NCBI RefSeq assembly: GCF_018350175.1 | Contig: NC_058368.1 | Coordinates: 12,090,001-12,154,000 of the forward strand | From: Felis catus | Taxonomy: Eukaryota | Direction of reading: 5' to 3' | DNA length: 64,000 nucleotides | In this document: positions 24,613-37,893 of the stretch, piece by piece | Layout of the letters: each line of letters opens with the position of its first letter | Numbering within the stretch: the stretch's first letter is position 1 | Position numbers and translations under genes: made by a program | Notes under the pieces: generated by a model | Told to the model about the DNA's origin: nothing | Database searches by the model: none | The model's input: the letters and a program-made list of their open reading frames with translations, nothing else

Positions 24613-25199
24613 ACGGTTTTGTTTTTTAAGGGGACACACAATCCTTGCTCTTTTCCAAGTTTGAAATAATAAAGTCATTCGTGCATTCTGCAAAGTGTGG
24701 CCCTGGGAAAAGCTTACCATCTGTGCTTTGTTGTTGACTAGAACACAGACTGGAAAAAAAAAAAAAAAGAAAGAAAAGGTCACCCAGGCAGTGCATGCGG
24801 CCTGTTGAGCCTCACCAATTCCTGGAAGGCTGCAGTAGCCTTGTGGAATTAATTTTTAACTTATCTAGGTATGCTTCTTAAAATAAAATTTTGATCTTAT
24901 TGAGCTAAAAATAAAGGGATTGGAGTTTGTGTTTTTTTTGTCCTAAAAGATTGAGAAGTTAATATCGTCAAGAATGCAAAGTGCTTTACATAAGTTAGAA
25001 CCAGAGAAGAAATTATTATACAACATCATGAAGGACTTATGCTCCAAAGAAGGGGACCGCTGAAGGATGGTGCTGCCACCTTCTTTTCCAGTGGACTTTG
25101 AGGACAAATGGACTATCACCCCTCCTATAGTTTTCTCGGGTTTTCTCAAATAAGGTCATGGCTTCAATCGCCCTCTACATTCTAAAGTCCTCCGAAGCC

Positions 25200-26046
25200 C
25201 TTACAGCACTGACGATGCAATGGGGATCCTCTTCTTGCCTGCCCTTGGCATAATGTATCCAAAGTGCCCTGGTGGCAGGTGTAGATGAAAGTTCAGTGGG
25301 GTTCTGGCTGTGTCCACCAGTAGCTGTATCCCCCTTTGAGAGCCAGAACCTGTTAAGGTACGGAGTTCAGAGATGCTGGGATGAGAAGCCAAACTTTCCC
25401 ACTTGGTGAAAAGGGAGGCCAATATTGCTCTCGTCCCTTGGTTCCTGAGCCCATGCATTTTCCCTACTTGGGACAAAACACTATACTGGTCACTGGTTTA
25501 GTGTATATACTGTGTCCTACAGGATGCAACACATCCATGCAGGGTAGTACATCCTAACAGGCTCCTCAGATGTACCTTCAGCAGATAATTTTGTCCTTCT
25601 GTTGGGCCAGCAACTTCCCTATGATATAGAATGTGAGAGATCAGTGGGTCCTGTGGTCATGTGCTTGCTGACATAGCTCCTGCTATAGAGTGGGGCTCTT
25701 GATGTTATGTGGGCTACAATGTTATATGGGTTGTGAGAATGTGGATCACTCTAGAGCCTTCCTTCAGATAGTAATGCTGATTGAGTCCCTGTGAACAAGA
25801 AAGGCAAACCCATATCAGAATATTGTCAATTCTCTCAAGAAGAGTCACACCCCTTCCAGGGGCTGGGCTGGTTGGTCTCCTTGAGGGAAGGTGCCATCTT
25901 GGGGCCCGGTGTGGATTTGTTTTGTAGGGTTTCATTCAGCAGTGGCATAGCCAGATCAGCCTTGGTGAGAGAGAGGCTGTACTGTTGGGGCCATGCATGG
26001 CCTCTATCCCTGCCCCATGGGTACTTTGTGCATGTGACTATTGGGT
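25200..26046 (-). pseudogene. pol: ERV-L-type internal fragment: integrase plus dUTPase region, decayed
   Basis: Minus strand gives SHAQSTHG/RDRGHAWPQQYSLSLTKADLA (integrase HHCC region), IL*DTVYTLNQ*P, then KMHGLRNQG and PLNFHLHLPPGHFG (cf. HERV-L RIHGSRNQG and PLNWKLRLPPGHFG). Confidence 0.9.
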
Positions 26047-26054
26047 CAGTACAA

Positions 26055-26207
26055 TAAAAACATAAATATTTTAAATTTTTCTTAGTTTAAATGTCAAATG
26101 TGGTAAATATGTATAAATACAGCTCATATACTCCAAAACTCTTGGGGTCCTCCATAATTTTTAAGAGCGTAAAGTGGTCTTGAGACCAAAATGTTTGAGA
26201 GGCACGT
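26055..26207. mobile_element. Charlie1-family hAT transposon end
   Basis: CTCTTGGGGTCCTCCATAATTTTTAAGAGCGTAAAGTGGTCTTGAGACCAAAATGTTTGAGA. Confidence 0.8.
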
Positions 26208-26505
26208 CTCTAAACCAATTGTAGTATCTCTGGTTGGTCAGAGCTGCTGGGCCTGCCCCCACTCACAGGCTGGGCCTGGGGCTGTCCATCAGCCCCCCTT
26301 GAAACACTGTGGACTGTAAATGAGGGGCAAGTGAAATCTACAAGCTATTGTCAGCAAAAGGGGGAGTTCTTACTGTTCCCTGATCCAAACAAACAAAATC
26401 CAAAACCAAACAATGGGTATTTACCACCTTAACGTTCTTGGTTTCATTGTTTTGAAATCCTCAGGGTCTAAACCATGTAAAACAAATACTGTTTGTTCAA
26501 TGACT

Positions 26506-26549
26506 GAAGGAAGGAAGGAAGGAAGGAAGGAAGGAAGGAAGGAAGGAAG
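26506..26549. repeat. (GGAA)n microsatellite
   Basis: Direct reading. Confidence 0.97.
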
Positions 26550-26687
26550 AAACAAGTGGATGAATACCTGAGTGAGGGAATAAGTGAATAAATGAGTGAA
26601 TCAACAAAAGCTAGGGAATGATCCAGATGACCTTTTGAGGTCCTTCTGACAGTATGATTTTATGTGTCTCCCATGGAATAACCATTG

Positions 26688-26689
<2 letters not shown>

Positions 26690-26720
<31 letters not shown>
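26690..26720. repeat. (TG)n microsatellite
   Basis: Direct reading. Confidence 0.97.
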
Positions 26721-26723
<3 letters not shown>

Positions 26724-29019
26724 TGCATACATTAAGCAGGTGGGAGGATGGTGATGATGACTTGGAAGGTGGCAATTTTGAAGCTCTCTTAGCCAAAGGG
26801 CTTCAAGATCAGACCACGGTCTAACCGGGAATCTAAAATGGGCGAGAAGGTGGGACGATGACAGCAACAGCTGGCTCACTGCCACCCCCTCCCCATGCCC
26901 CATCAGGACACAGGCGTAACTGATCAGAAAGCCAAATGCTGGTAGGAAGAAGCCGGGCAACCCGAGCCAGCTCTGAAGAAGAGGCCCCATGGGTTCCCGG
27001 GTAAAAGACAGGGTTGAATATGATACTTAAAAATTACAGTGCAAGAAGGCAAGTCCATGGGTCAGTGAGCCACAGTTGTGCACTGAAGAGAAATTGCCTT
27101 TTGGCAGAGTTTAGGTATGCTGTTTATGTATCTGAATATAAAAGAATCACATTTAGGGATGAATTTACAGGGACTCAGAAAAAAAGTGCAACTAATGGAG
27201 TCCTGCAGGACTGAGTGGATGCCAAAGAGCTATGGGAGGGAAGTGACAGCAATGCTTTTAACAAATAATTGCACTGTGGGTGCCCAGGGCCGGGAGACTG
27301 CCGAAGTGAGTCAGAGCATGATGCCGGGCCAAGAGGGGTTAGTTGAGATTGCCGATCACATCCCCGATGCCCAGCCCTGTGCTCCTGGCCTCATTGGTGC
27401 CGCTGTCGGAACTCAGAGCAAGTCAGCATCACGTGAGTGTTTGCTTACTTCTCTTCCTTCTTTAAGAGAAGGGCCAGTGACTTCTCGGTTTCTAAATGCC
27501 TCAGATTGAAATGTGTGAAATTGGGTATTGCTGGCAAATTTACTGAAGCCCGGCCAAGTATTTTGGAATTCTAATAGGGATTTCATCGCCCAGCAGAGAT
27601 GGGCAACTCCTCTTAATTGTAGGGATGGCTCATGTGACAGCCAAACCCAAGAGAAGAAGCCTAGGCTTCCGGGGGCGTGCTGATAGAACACGATGTATGA
27701 ACCGTGCATGGCCTTGCCATCTGGGCGAGACTGGAGCTTGATGACTGGAATATGCAGTGACGTTATGATGAAACTTTTCACCTTGATCTGTCCTCAAAGA
27801 ATAAGCCTTTAAGAACCATCCTCTGTCAGAACCTAAGGAGATATTGTTAAAACTGAGTCTGTACTTAGCAGCCATAGGAGCGTTATGCCTTTCAATCCTA
27901 AGTTTTGGATTCTTATCATTTTTATGCATCTGATGGGTCTACACTTACATGAGTAGGGAGAGTTTAAAAATATAAAGAGGAAAAAAGTCACTGGTAACTC
28001 TACCTTTCACCAATAGCTACTATCACCATTTTAATGCATGACTTTTTTTGACCTGCTAATTATATGCATTTAAAAAAATAAAATGGTAATTGTATTTTTT
28101 TTTTTTTTGGCCTTTGGTAATTGTATTTTGAACAAGCAAACAAACAAAAGTATGGTAAGGAAATGTATATAAATACAAAAATTCTTAAAGTGAAGGTCAC
28201 CTCAGAAACCAGCACCTCCATCAGGATAAGGGCTTGGAGGACAAGGTCTTTGAACTGGATTTTAGACTTGCAATACTGAACTACCCCACGTGCTCAAATG
28301 ATCTGTCCAAACAAACAGAAAATGACTTTTTTAAAAAAACTAATGGGTGTTTAAACTAATGGGTCTCTGCCTGTGGGTGTACATATGTGTAATTTTAAAG
28401 ATAATAAAATTTCACAGTCAGCAGCATGGATGTCTGGGGATGGGAAGACTGAAGCCAACAGAATAGAATGACATGAAGTAGAGGCCTGTGGCAGCAAATG
28501 GCAGGGCACCCGGATGTAGGAGACACTGACAAGTGAAACATAAGATGAAGGCAAGCACCTGTTATAAATGGCAGGACCGCACAAACAGTGCATGGACAGA
28601 CAAATGGGCTAGGAAGTCTAGGTAGGGCCACTGTGGGAAATGAAGAAACCAGTGCACAGAAAGGGACAACAGACAATCGCCGATACGAACTGGCCTCCTC
28701 GGGCCTGATTAGTCTTCCGTGAGCTTACGTTGGCCCTATCCTCATTAACGCTGCTTGTAATACTCTCTCACCAGTTACTTATGGTCACTGGGAAGTAAAA
28801 GAAAGCTTTCAGGGCTTCTGGGGATGTTGGGGGTTGGTGCCTTATTGCATTTGCGGGCATTTTCAGATCACCCACAAACGCTTGTTCTGTCATTAAACTC
28901 TAGTTAAGGGGCTGTAGACACAGGTAAGAAGGTAACTGAAATTTAATGCAGTTTGTGGTAGATACCAGATGAAAGATTTAAATGATGGGGTCTCAGGAGT
29001 TCAGATGTGAGAAGAGATC

Positions 29020-29925
29020 TTTGTGGGCAACACAGCTCCAATATTTCTGTCATATCTGAGTCTGTTTCTGATGCTTGCCTTGTCCCTTCAAACTGTTGCC
29101 TTCCTTTTAGTATGCCTTGTAATTTTTTGTTGAAAAATTTTGTTGATGTACAGGGTAAAAGAGACCTTTGTGAATTGGCTGCCAGTAATGTAGTGGTGAG
29201 GTGTGGGGGAGGGGAAGGTTTCTATAATCATGTGATTGGGTCTCAGTCTTTTAGTGAGACTCTGCCTCTGGACTGTGAACATCAAAAGTGCTTTTCAGTA
29301 CCTGATTCTCCACCCCATTCCCATCCCATCTTAGATGGGACAAGATGGCTAGAGGGAGCTAGAGTTGGTTATTTCCTAACCCCTGAGTCAGTTAGATTCT
29401 GATAAGAACCCAATAGATTAGGCTCTGGTAAAATAGTTTCTCCTGAGGGTAGGCCTTGTTAAGAAGAGAATGCTCTGGTGTATTTCAAAATGGTTACCTT
29501 TTCCCTCTCCAGTGGGAAGCTCAAAAGGAATTTTCTTCAATATTCAGTGTGAGAACCCGGTAGAGCTCCTGGAGGCGAAACTTACAGAAATGTGGGCAAA
29601 TCCCCCTAAAACTGAGACTTCCCTGGAGATTTTGTCTTAAAGACTTGTCCACTGTGAACCTCCAGCAATTTGTTAATTATAGTTCAGGTTTTCCTATCCT
29701 GCTACTGGTTCCCTTAGGGATTTCTACCAGTAGGCTTCTGCTCCAGTAAACAGCTTCCCTGCTCCAGATATGCCTCTCTGTATCTACCCATCTGTCTCTA
29801 GTTTAGGGGGCAGTAGTTTGTCTTATGCCCCCAATTTTCTGATAAATCTAACAAGAGTTGCTGATTTCAATTTGTTCAGGTTTTTACTTGTTAGGGTACC
29901 ATGATCACTTGTGAATCCTTTCAGA
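29020..29925 (-). mobile_element. Old L1 5' region (L1MD/L1M4-like)
   Basis: TCTGAGTCTGTTTCTGATGCTTG...GTAATTTTTTGTTGAAA...GGTGTGGGGGAGGGGAAG; a related copy lies at 63340-64000. Confidence 0.7.
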
Positions 29926-30199
29926 TTGGAGTTGGGGCTCCATAATTCTCTTTGTTACTCTGTAACACTTGGAGAATACCAATAACAGTCCTCAGTATTC
30001 AACCAGCACAAACAACAAAAACTACTTAAGGTAACAACTTTGAGATAGTGGGGCATATAGAAATCAGTATGTTCTGACAGGTTTGTGGATGCTCTCCCAC
30101 CGATTTGAGTGGTATTCCCTGCAGAAGCCATAGGGCTTCTGCCTTGTTTTTGACTAGATCAAGTATCTCTACCCAATGCTTAGCACCTCCTCTGCCTCA

Positions 30200-30400
30200 G
30201 ATAGATATAGGTTAAAATAATTTCTCCAAGTCTCAGTTTCCACATACATAAAAAGGAAATAATAATAATAATAATAGTTATAATACTGACCCCAACAGAG
30301 TGTTGTGAGTACTGAGATAATGCATGTTAAATATACAACTCTAGTCCTGGAACATAGCAAACACTCAATAAAAAGCTAGTATCATTATTATTACTATAAT
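30200..30400 (+). mobile_element. MIR
   Basis: TCTCAGTTTCCACAT...TGAGATAATGCATGT...CCTGGAACATAGCAAACACTCAATAAA. Confidence 0.85.
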
Positions 30401-30738
30401 ATCATAAGTTGGTTGTATTAATAAAATTTGAGAATGTAAGAGCTAGAAGGGGGCTCAGGCAGGGCAAAGATACAGACTGTGGTCTCTACACACTCAAGTG
30501 GGAATTCTGCCTCTGCTTCCTCCCTCCCAGCAGGATGACCTTGGGCAAGTGACCCTCCTGCCCAATAATATGTGAGACTCACTGGGCTAGTTAAAGTTTA
30601 GAGTCCAAGGTTCCTTGCCAGGTATTTTGATTAAGTGTTTTTTTCTGTGGGGCCCAGGGATCTGCACTGTAGAACGTTCAAGGGGATTCTGATCTATGAA
30701 CCCCATGGACCATATTTTGTGGAATGTTGACTCAGTTT

Positions 30739-30955
30739 CTTTTTCTTTTTTAAGTCTATTTATTTATTTTGAGAGAGACAGAGACAGCACAAGTGGGGAA
30801 GGGGCAGAGAGAGCGGAAGACAGAGAATCCCAAGCAAGCTCCACGTTGTCAGCGTGGAGCCCGATGCGGGGCTCGAGCTCACAAAACTGTGAGACCTTGA
30901 CTTGAGCCCAAACCAAGAGTCAGACACTTAACTGACTGAGCCACCCAGGTGGCCC
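30739..30955 (-). mobile_element. CanSINE
   Basis: Full SINE; TSD TGTTGACTCAGTTTCTT. Confidence 0.97.
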
Positions 30956-31762
30956 TGTTGACTCAGTTTCTTGAAGTCTCAGGCTTTCTCCTATACAGAG
31001 GACTAGTGACACCTGCTTTGTGGTTTGTGTATGGAGAGTATCTGGCCATGAATCCAGCATATTGCAGGTGCTCGGAAGCATTGGCTTCTTTTCCTCCAGA
31101 TATTGTCTATTCAAATATTCCATCCAACCATGTGAGTCCAGTGCCAAAGAGATTAGATTCTCTAGAATGTGCCAGAAGTTGACAGAAATCAGCTAACAAA
31201 TGAGGGAGCATCACACTGTAAAGTGCGAAGAGTCTGTGAAGCACATAAGCATATTTTGAAGAATATAGGCCAGTGATAGAATGAGTGGGAATCCCACTCC
31301 CACCGTGCAGATCAGCCACGTGTGGAAATCAAAACTTTCCCTCTGATGAGTGCATTTCCGTGCTTCCAGAGGCCAGAAACCATATGAGCGGCAAACAGGA
31401 CCTGCACTATTACCATCGGCAGCAAACATTTGTAATGAGTTTTGGAAATTTGACTACTTGCCGGCCTCTGATTCATTAATGTAATATTAGAAAGAAATTA
31501 ACAGGGTATGACGTCCTCAGAGGACATTTGGGGAGAAGGCCGAGTCCATGCTGAACTGGCTCAGCTACAAAGAAATGAAACTTGGGTTTGCCCACAAGCA
31601 CTGGAACTTTTAAGGTTCTTGTTTGCTGTGTGTGCATCCCATTATCTCAGCAGATAGTTGCTCCTGCTGTTGCTATAGAATGGAAACTTTGAAGCCGTGG
31701 TGTCTATAATAAGCCAGATGAGCTCACTTGTCAGTGTCTTTCCTTCCTGTTATACTTTTCAG

Positions 31763-31766
31763 TATG
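31763..31766 (+). other. Candidate 4-nt microexon (TATG) or 3' end of a longer exon
   Basis: CTCAC branch-like motif, pyrimidine tract, TTTTCAG|TATG|GTAAGC. Confidence 0.35.
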
Positions 31767-33409
31767 GTAAGCTGCTATTTAACTTTGAATTGTCACAATC
31801 TGTGGCATTACATACTGATATAATGTCTTTGCTGTATAATTGGTAAAGAGCATCGTGATACTTGTGATTGCGGGGGATAAAACTATACGGAAACATAAGA
31901 GTGTTTATAGAAGATGGAAAAAAAATCAATTCCACCAGCTATCCCAAAAACAAGTTGGGCAAAAACATTAAGCCTTCTTTATATATTTTTTCTTTTACGC
32001 CAAGAATTTGCTTTCAAATGAATTTTTCCCCTTTTCATCCTCTGTGGACACAGGATATATAGCAGCAGGGGAGGAGATGAGAAAAATCTACTGAAAGCTG
32101 GTTCTGTTTAACAGATTAAATTCAAATTTGCTTTTAAAAAGAAAGAGCTTGTAATGTTTTATTCAGGTTCAGCAATGGCAACATCATCAGAGTGGAAGCC
32201 TGCCTTAAGGAAAGAAGTTTGAATTTTTGTAATTAGAAATTGCGAAATAAAGCTTTGAAACAGAATCTGATTTGTCTATGGGGATCTTTTTTGTTGGTTT
32301 GTTTGAATTTATTCATATATTTGTCGATTCGTTCAGCCACCACTGGCTCCCACCATCTGTGCCAGTCAGAGGAAAAGGGAGGAGAGGGACGGTGCCCTCA
32401 AGGACGCTCTGATCTCTTGAACCCGTGACTGTCCGTGGAGTTCTGTGCCTCATCACAGTTGGTGCGACATTTTATTGAAACTACTGATTCAACAAACGCT
32501 TGTTGAGTATTTCCTCTGTGTCCAGCACAGGGCACTCTAGTCCTTGCTTCCTGCCTGGGGCTGTAGTGAGGATTATTGGGGTTATTGCAGGTAGGTTGAC
32601 CACAGGAACGACCCTGTGGTGGTGGGCTTCAGTGGATGGGATGTGGAGAAGGAAGAAGTTTTTACCGTGTAATCCTGCATCTCTCCTACAGTCATGCATT
32701 TTGACCTTCTGGTCTCCTCACCTTGACTTAGGTTTCTCCTTTTGGCTTCCATCACTTTGTGACTTCCTTCCTTCCTGTCTCCCTCCCTCCTTCCGGATTT
32801 CTTTCATATTCATTCTATACATACTGCTGCCATGAAACTCCAGCAATATTTCACCCCACCAACTTTATTCAAGGAAATATAAGAGCGGCCGGTAGGGGAT
32901 AGGCTGCCCAGGAGGATGCTCAAGGGCTCCGACTCCTTGGCCTATAGGAGTTAGGGCAGGGGCCCAGGCTCCACCCCTTCAGATTGGACAGGTCTGAGGA
33001 TGGGGAACATGATGTTCCTGTTTCAGCTTCAAGTATCTAGATACATACAAGCACATTGCTCTGTACAGCTACATGTGAATCTTTTTCAGGAGAGTTTTGA
33101 TATTCTGAGTTATGGAACTAAAGTGCTGGCTCCTCTCATGAGAAGCACTGAACCCAGGATGAGTGACAAGGATATTTGAAGTTAAGGAAATGAGGAGTTA
33201 TGGATTCTTGGGGGAGGGGGAGTATAACTTGAAGAGTTCAGCTGTCATTTCCTTTGCACTCATTTAGATATTTTAATTATACAGGATCATAGATCAAAGA
33301 AATTATATATATTCTTCATTTAAGAAACTTTTTAATGAAGACAGGACCTTGTTTATTGCCTCCCAGAGGGTGAACCTCTGAATATCACTTTTGCCCTTCG
33401 TGAGGGCTG

Positions 33410-33545
33410 TGTCTCCTCTCTGGGTCTGCCAGTTCCATAAGGGCAGAACCAGGTCTATTTTTGTCACTGTAAATCCCCAAAGCCTACTATGGTGCCTGGT
33501 GCCCTAAAGTGCTCAACACACATCTATTAATGTAAAATAATGAGG
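33410..33545 (+). mobile_element. L2 3' end
   Basis: AGTTCCATAAGGGCAGAACCAGGTCTATTTTTGTCACTGTAAATCCCC...GTGCCTGG...GTGCTCAAC. Confidence 0.8.
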
Positions 33546-34897
33546 CGTATGAAGTCATTCTGAAATGCTGCATTGTATAGCCCAAGTACCCTTAAACAGG
33601 ATTCTTGACCGAGTGACAAACTAAAAACCTCTAAGAGAACATAGCAAACCAGAGCATGATGTTAAGGAATATTCTACCAATGGGATTTTAAACCACTGAT
33701 TTAAGTACCAGCCACATATTCCATTTTGAGGTAATTGTTTGAAGAACTCAGAAACGACAGGATGACACCCACACTCCTACAGGGATATTCATGGTGGGGG
33801 CCCAAGGCTGGTTGTTACCATGATGATCAAAACATTTATTGTGAAGGTGGGTCCAGTTTTCAGATTGGGGGAAGAGTCATTTATAGGGGAGACGTGGGGA
33901 AAATAAAACAAAATGAACCCTGACTTCAGCTTACTAGGAAAAATTTTCTGGTTTTAGCATTATCAAGTTCAATGGCCATACCCATGCCATTTGAGTAATC
34001 GCTGGGTATATGGAGCCCAACAACTGAACTCAGCCAAGTTGATTTACTGACTGACTTGAGTTACTATGTTGTCTGTGTAGTCAGTGCTGCTTGGTTTTAA
34101 ATCAGATCAAAATATACTTGAAGGGCAAAGAAGTTGATTCAGCAGCTTACCTAAAACATGCACTCTAGCGATGACAGAGAAATCTAATTAAGCCTAAAAG
34201 AAATTCAGATGTGTCAAAAATTTCTAAAAAGATACAAATGGAAAATAAATGCTCAGAATTGTGTCTGTCAATGAATTTCTGGATTACACTGATAAACTAC
34301 TGATGAGAGCAGACAAGTATTTTGTTCTATTGGATGGATTTTCTTCCCCACCTACTAGAAAACATTTTTCATGATATTATGTTATTAATAGAGGGTTCCA
34401 AACCATAACTAACAAATAGTTGCTTCCTGTGTTAAGGATAATGACTTCATATAGCAGAAAAGTTTGTTTTAGGGAACTAACAGAGTGTGTCTGTAAACAG
34501 GCAGCTGAATTGGACACAATTGAAAGATTTTGTTCTCAAATTTGCTATGGCTCATTAAAATTGTATTTGGAGCAGAGGGCCTATTACTTCTTGGATTTTT
34601 GTCTTCACAGAGTTGTATAAACAGGCTGTTGAGAAATGGAACGATCAAATCTTCTCCTTGCATCTATTTAACAGTGCATATATGCATATGGCTATTGTCT
34701 TCAGTGCCAGTGAACTGGAACATGAAAATATTATTTCTAAATACAGCCAATATCCTTAATGGAACTACTTATAAAATCAATCTTACAAAATAAGACTGTA
34801 CGGGGTAGTTTGCTATTATATTGTTTTAACTTTTGTTGTTGTTCAGTGTCAATCTCTAGCAGTTTTTTGTTTTTGTTGTTGTCTGCTTGTTTTTTGT

Positions 34898-34924
34898 TTG
34901 TGTGTGTGTGTGTGTGTGTGTGTG
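34898..34924. repeat. (TG)n microsatellite
   Basis: Direct reading. Confidence 0.95.
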
Positions 34925-35397
34925 CTAATTACTGTTGAAATGTGTAGTACTCATAGACAGAAGGAAATGTGTCTAGGGCATCTTTGTGTAAGGGTACATG
35001 TCTGGACTGCCAAACCTGGGCACAGAATCTTGAGTGAATTGGTCATGACCTTGTCCCAATATCTTCTCCTTATGAAACCAGGAGGGTCTTTACTTATAAT
35101 TTTCTGAGGACAATGATAGCACTAACTAAGGATGACTAAAATCATACTATACATTAGCATGAAAACTCTACACAGTTTACAAATAACTCAAGTTTGGTCA
35201 TATGAAGTGGGATCCCTTAATGGGGGGACCACTGAGTCCAATTTATCATTGAAAAAAATATATACATACATACATACATATATACGTGTGTGCGTGTGCA
35301 CGTCTGTGTGTGTGTGTGTGTGTGTGAGTGTGTTTGAGGTAAATGTACCAGCAGTTTCTCTTATGGGCAGGAATAGGTAGGGGTCACTTGGAGCATC

Positions 35398-36022
35398 TTT
35401 TTTGTGTGTGGTAAAATATATGTAACATAGAAGTTATCATTTTACTTATTTTTAAATGTAGAGTTCAGTGGCACTAAGTGCATTTGTGATGTTGTGAAAT
35501 CATCACCACTATTTCCAGAACTTTTTCATTACCTCCAACTGAGATTCTGTACCCAATAAACGCTAACTTCCAATCCCCTCCTCCTAGCCCCTGGTAACCT
35601 CCCTTCCACTTTCTGTCCCTATGAACTTGACCACTCTAGGTAACTCATGTGAGTGGAATCACACAGTACTTGTCTTTTCGTGCTTGGCTTATTTCACTTA
35701 GCACATTGTCCTCAAGATAATGCATGTTGTAGCCTGTGTCAGAATTTTCTTCCTTTTTAAGGTTGAGTCATATTCCACTGTTTGGACAGACCGCTTTTGT
35801 TATCCATTCATCCATAAATGGACCCTTGTGTTGATTCTACCTTTTATCTATTGAGAATCACGCTGCTATGAACGTGAGTGTAGAAATATCTTTTCAAGAC
35901 CCTGCTTTCAATTATTGTGCATACAAACCCAGAAGTGGAATTGCTGGATCATGTGGTAATTCTATTTTTAATTTTTTTGAGGAAGCTCCATGCCGTTTTG
36001 CACAGTGGCTGCACCGTTTCAC
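35398..36022 (-). mobile_element. L1 (L1MA/MB-like) 3' end
   Basis: GTGGTAAAATATATGTAACATAGAA...ACCCAGAAGTGGAATTGCTGGATCATGTGGTAATTCTAT. Confidence 0.93.
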
Positions 36023-36757
36023 ATTTGGAGTGCATCTTTCTTGATGTGCATCTTTCTTGGAGTGCAACTCCTCAGGGAGTTACTGTGGAATTTCCTGCCC
36101 ACTGTCCTGTGGGCTCTGGTATAAAAGAGCTCTCAGGACACAAAATTAAAATGTTTCCTTGATAAAAAGTATTATGACAACATCAAGATCCATATTAATG
36201 GAAGAAATGCTTTGCCTCTCAGTGGAACAGTGCTTTGGGTGTGAAAATGACACAAGGAATTGAGCCGCATTCTGAGTCCTATTAAACAAAAATGAAGCTA
36301 CCATTTCATTTGTCTGAATGAGACCTAATGCTGTGGAAAAAGCATTGAGGAAGAGATTTCTGTGCATATTTAGATCCTTAAGATTGGGTCATTTTATCTC
36401 TTTTAAATGAAGATTCTCATCCCCTGGCCCCTCCCCCCACAACACACACCAGAGTCTCATAAAATAGTTTTTCTACACGAGTGATTCATTTCTTCATACA
36501 CATTTTTTTTGGAATTGTCGTTTTGTGCCTATGAAACAAAAGAACTTTTGATTCAGAAGGTTAAAAACATGTTCTTGCCCATTCTGATTACAAAGATTAA
36601 AACTATTGGGCCTTATCTCAGCCATGAACTCAGGGAATGAAACGTATGTTTCCCTAGATGTGTAGAAAGCTTGCAAGAGCACGTTTCATTTGCCCAAAAC
36701 CTCACAGGATAGCGCGTTCCAGGTACTGGACCCTGACACCCACACACTGCTAAATAA

Positions 36758-36758
36758 G

Positions 36759-36789
<31 letters not shown>

Positions 36790-36942
36790 CTAAAATATAT
36801 ATATTTTATATATTATATATTTTTATATATTTATATTTTACATAATATATATTTTATATCTATTATATATCTATATCTATATCTATATCTATATCTATAT
36901 CTATATCTATATCTGTATCTATTTCAGACACACACGAGCCCT

Positions 36943-36978
<36 letters not shown>
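36758..36978. repeat. Compound microsatellite (TA)n/(TG)n/(TATATC)n/(TG)n
   Basis: Direct reading. Confidence 0.95.
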
Positions 36979-36979
<1 letters not shown>

Positions 36980-37328
36980 TGGGAACAATGACAGTCACTC
37001 CAGAGCCAGGGGCCTAGTGAATGTCAAGAGGCACTAGAGGTTGAGCTATTTAAGTGGCACAAAAAAACCCATTAGATATGTTGTTTTGTAAATGTTTATC
37101 TTTATGTTTCATTGTATCCAGATGAATAGCACTTCTTTTCTATGTGTCTGAATAAATGAAATGATCAAGAAAAAAAAATGTGTCCCACATGTGTTCAAAA
37201 GCAGAGGAAACTGCTAGCTAAATTTAGAATTCGATACATAGGAAAAACACTAAAAATAGTTTTTAACTGGTCTAATTACTTCCTGATCATTGAGGGTTCC
37301 TATATAGTTTTTCAATTATCTAGGTTCC

Positions 37329-37722
37329 TGTGATGGTTGATTTTATGTTACTTGGAGGGTGTTTTTGGATGAGATTAACATTTAAATCAGTGAACTTTAA
37401 ATATAGCAGATTGTCCTCCATATTGTGAGTTGGCCTCATCCAATCAGACGAACACACGAGTAGAACAAAAAGAATCATATCCTCCGGGCAAGGGGGCATT
37501 CTCCGGCAGACTGCCTTTAAACTCTATTTGTACTATCAGCTTTCCTGGGTCTTTAGTCTGCTGGCCCACACTGCAGATTTTGGACTTGTCAGCCTTCACA
37601 ATTGCATGAGCCAATTCCTTGTAATAAATCTCTCTCTCTCTTTCTTTCTCTCTCTGCTTCTCTCTCCCTTTTCTATCTACCTAGTTCCTATCGGTTCCGT
37701 TTCTATAGAGAACTCTAATACA
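37329..37722 (+). mobile_element. MLT2-type ERV-L solo LTR
   Basis: TGTGATGGTTGATTTTATGT...GAGAACTCTAATACA ends, internal AATAAA, 5-bp TSD GTTCC/GTTTC. Confidence 0.92.
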
Positions 37723-37893
37723 GTTTCTTTCTTATGTTTACATTTCCTTTCTCCCTGAATTCCTACCTTTTGTAAGGTGAACTCCTATCAGTGTTTTATG
37801 CTTTTTTTTCTTTTAGTGGGAAATTAAAATGGCTTATCTTATAAAACTATACAAAACAAATGTAAGAGCATATAGGAATAAAGAGATAGGAAG

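Noticed and set aside
33313..33340. Short AT-rich inverted repeat TCTTCATT...AATGAAGA
   Set aside because: Too short and AT-rich to be significant
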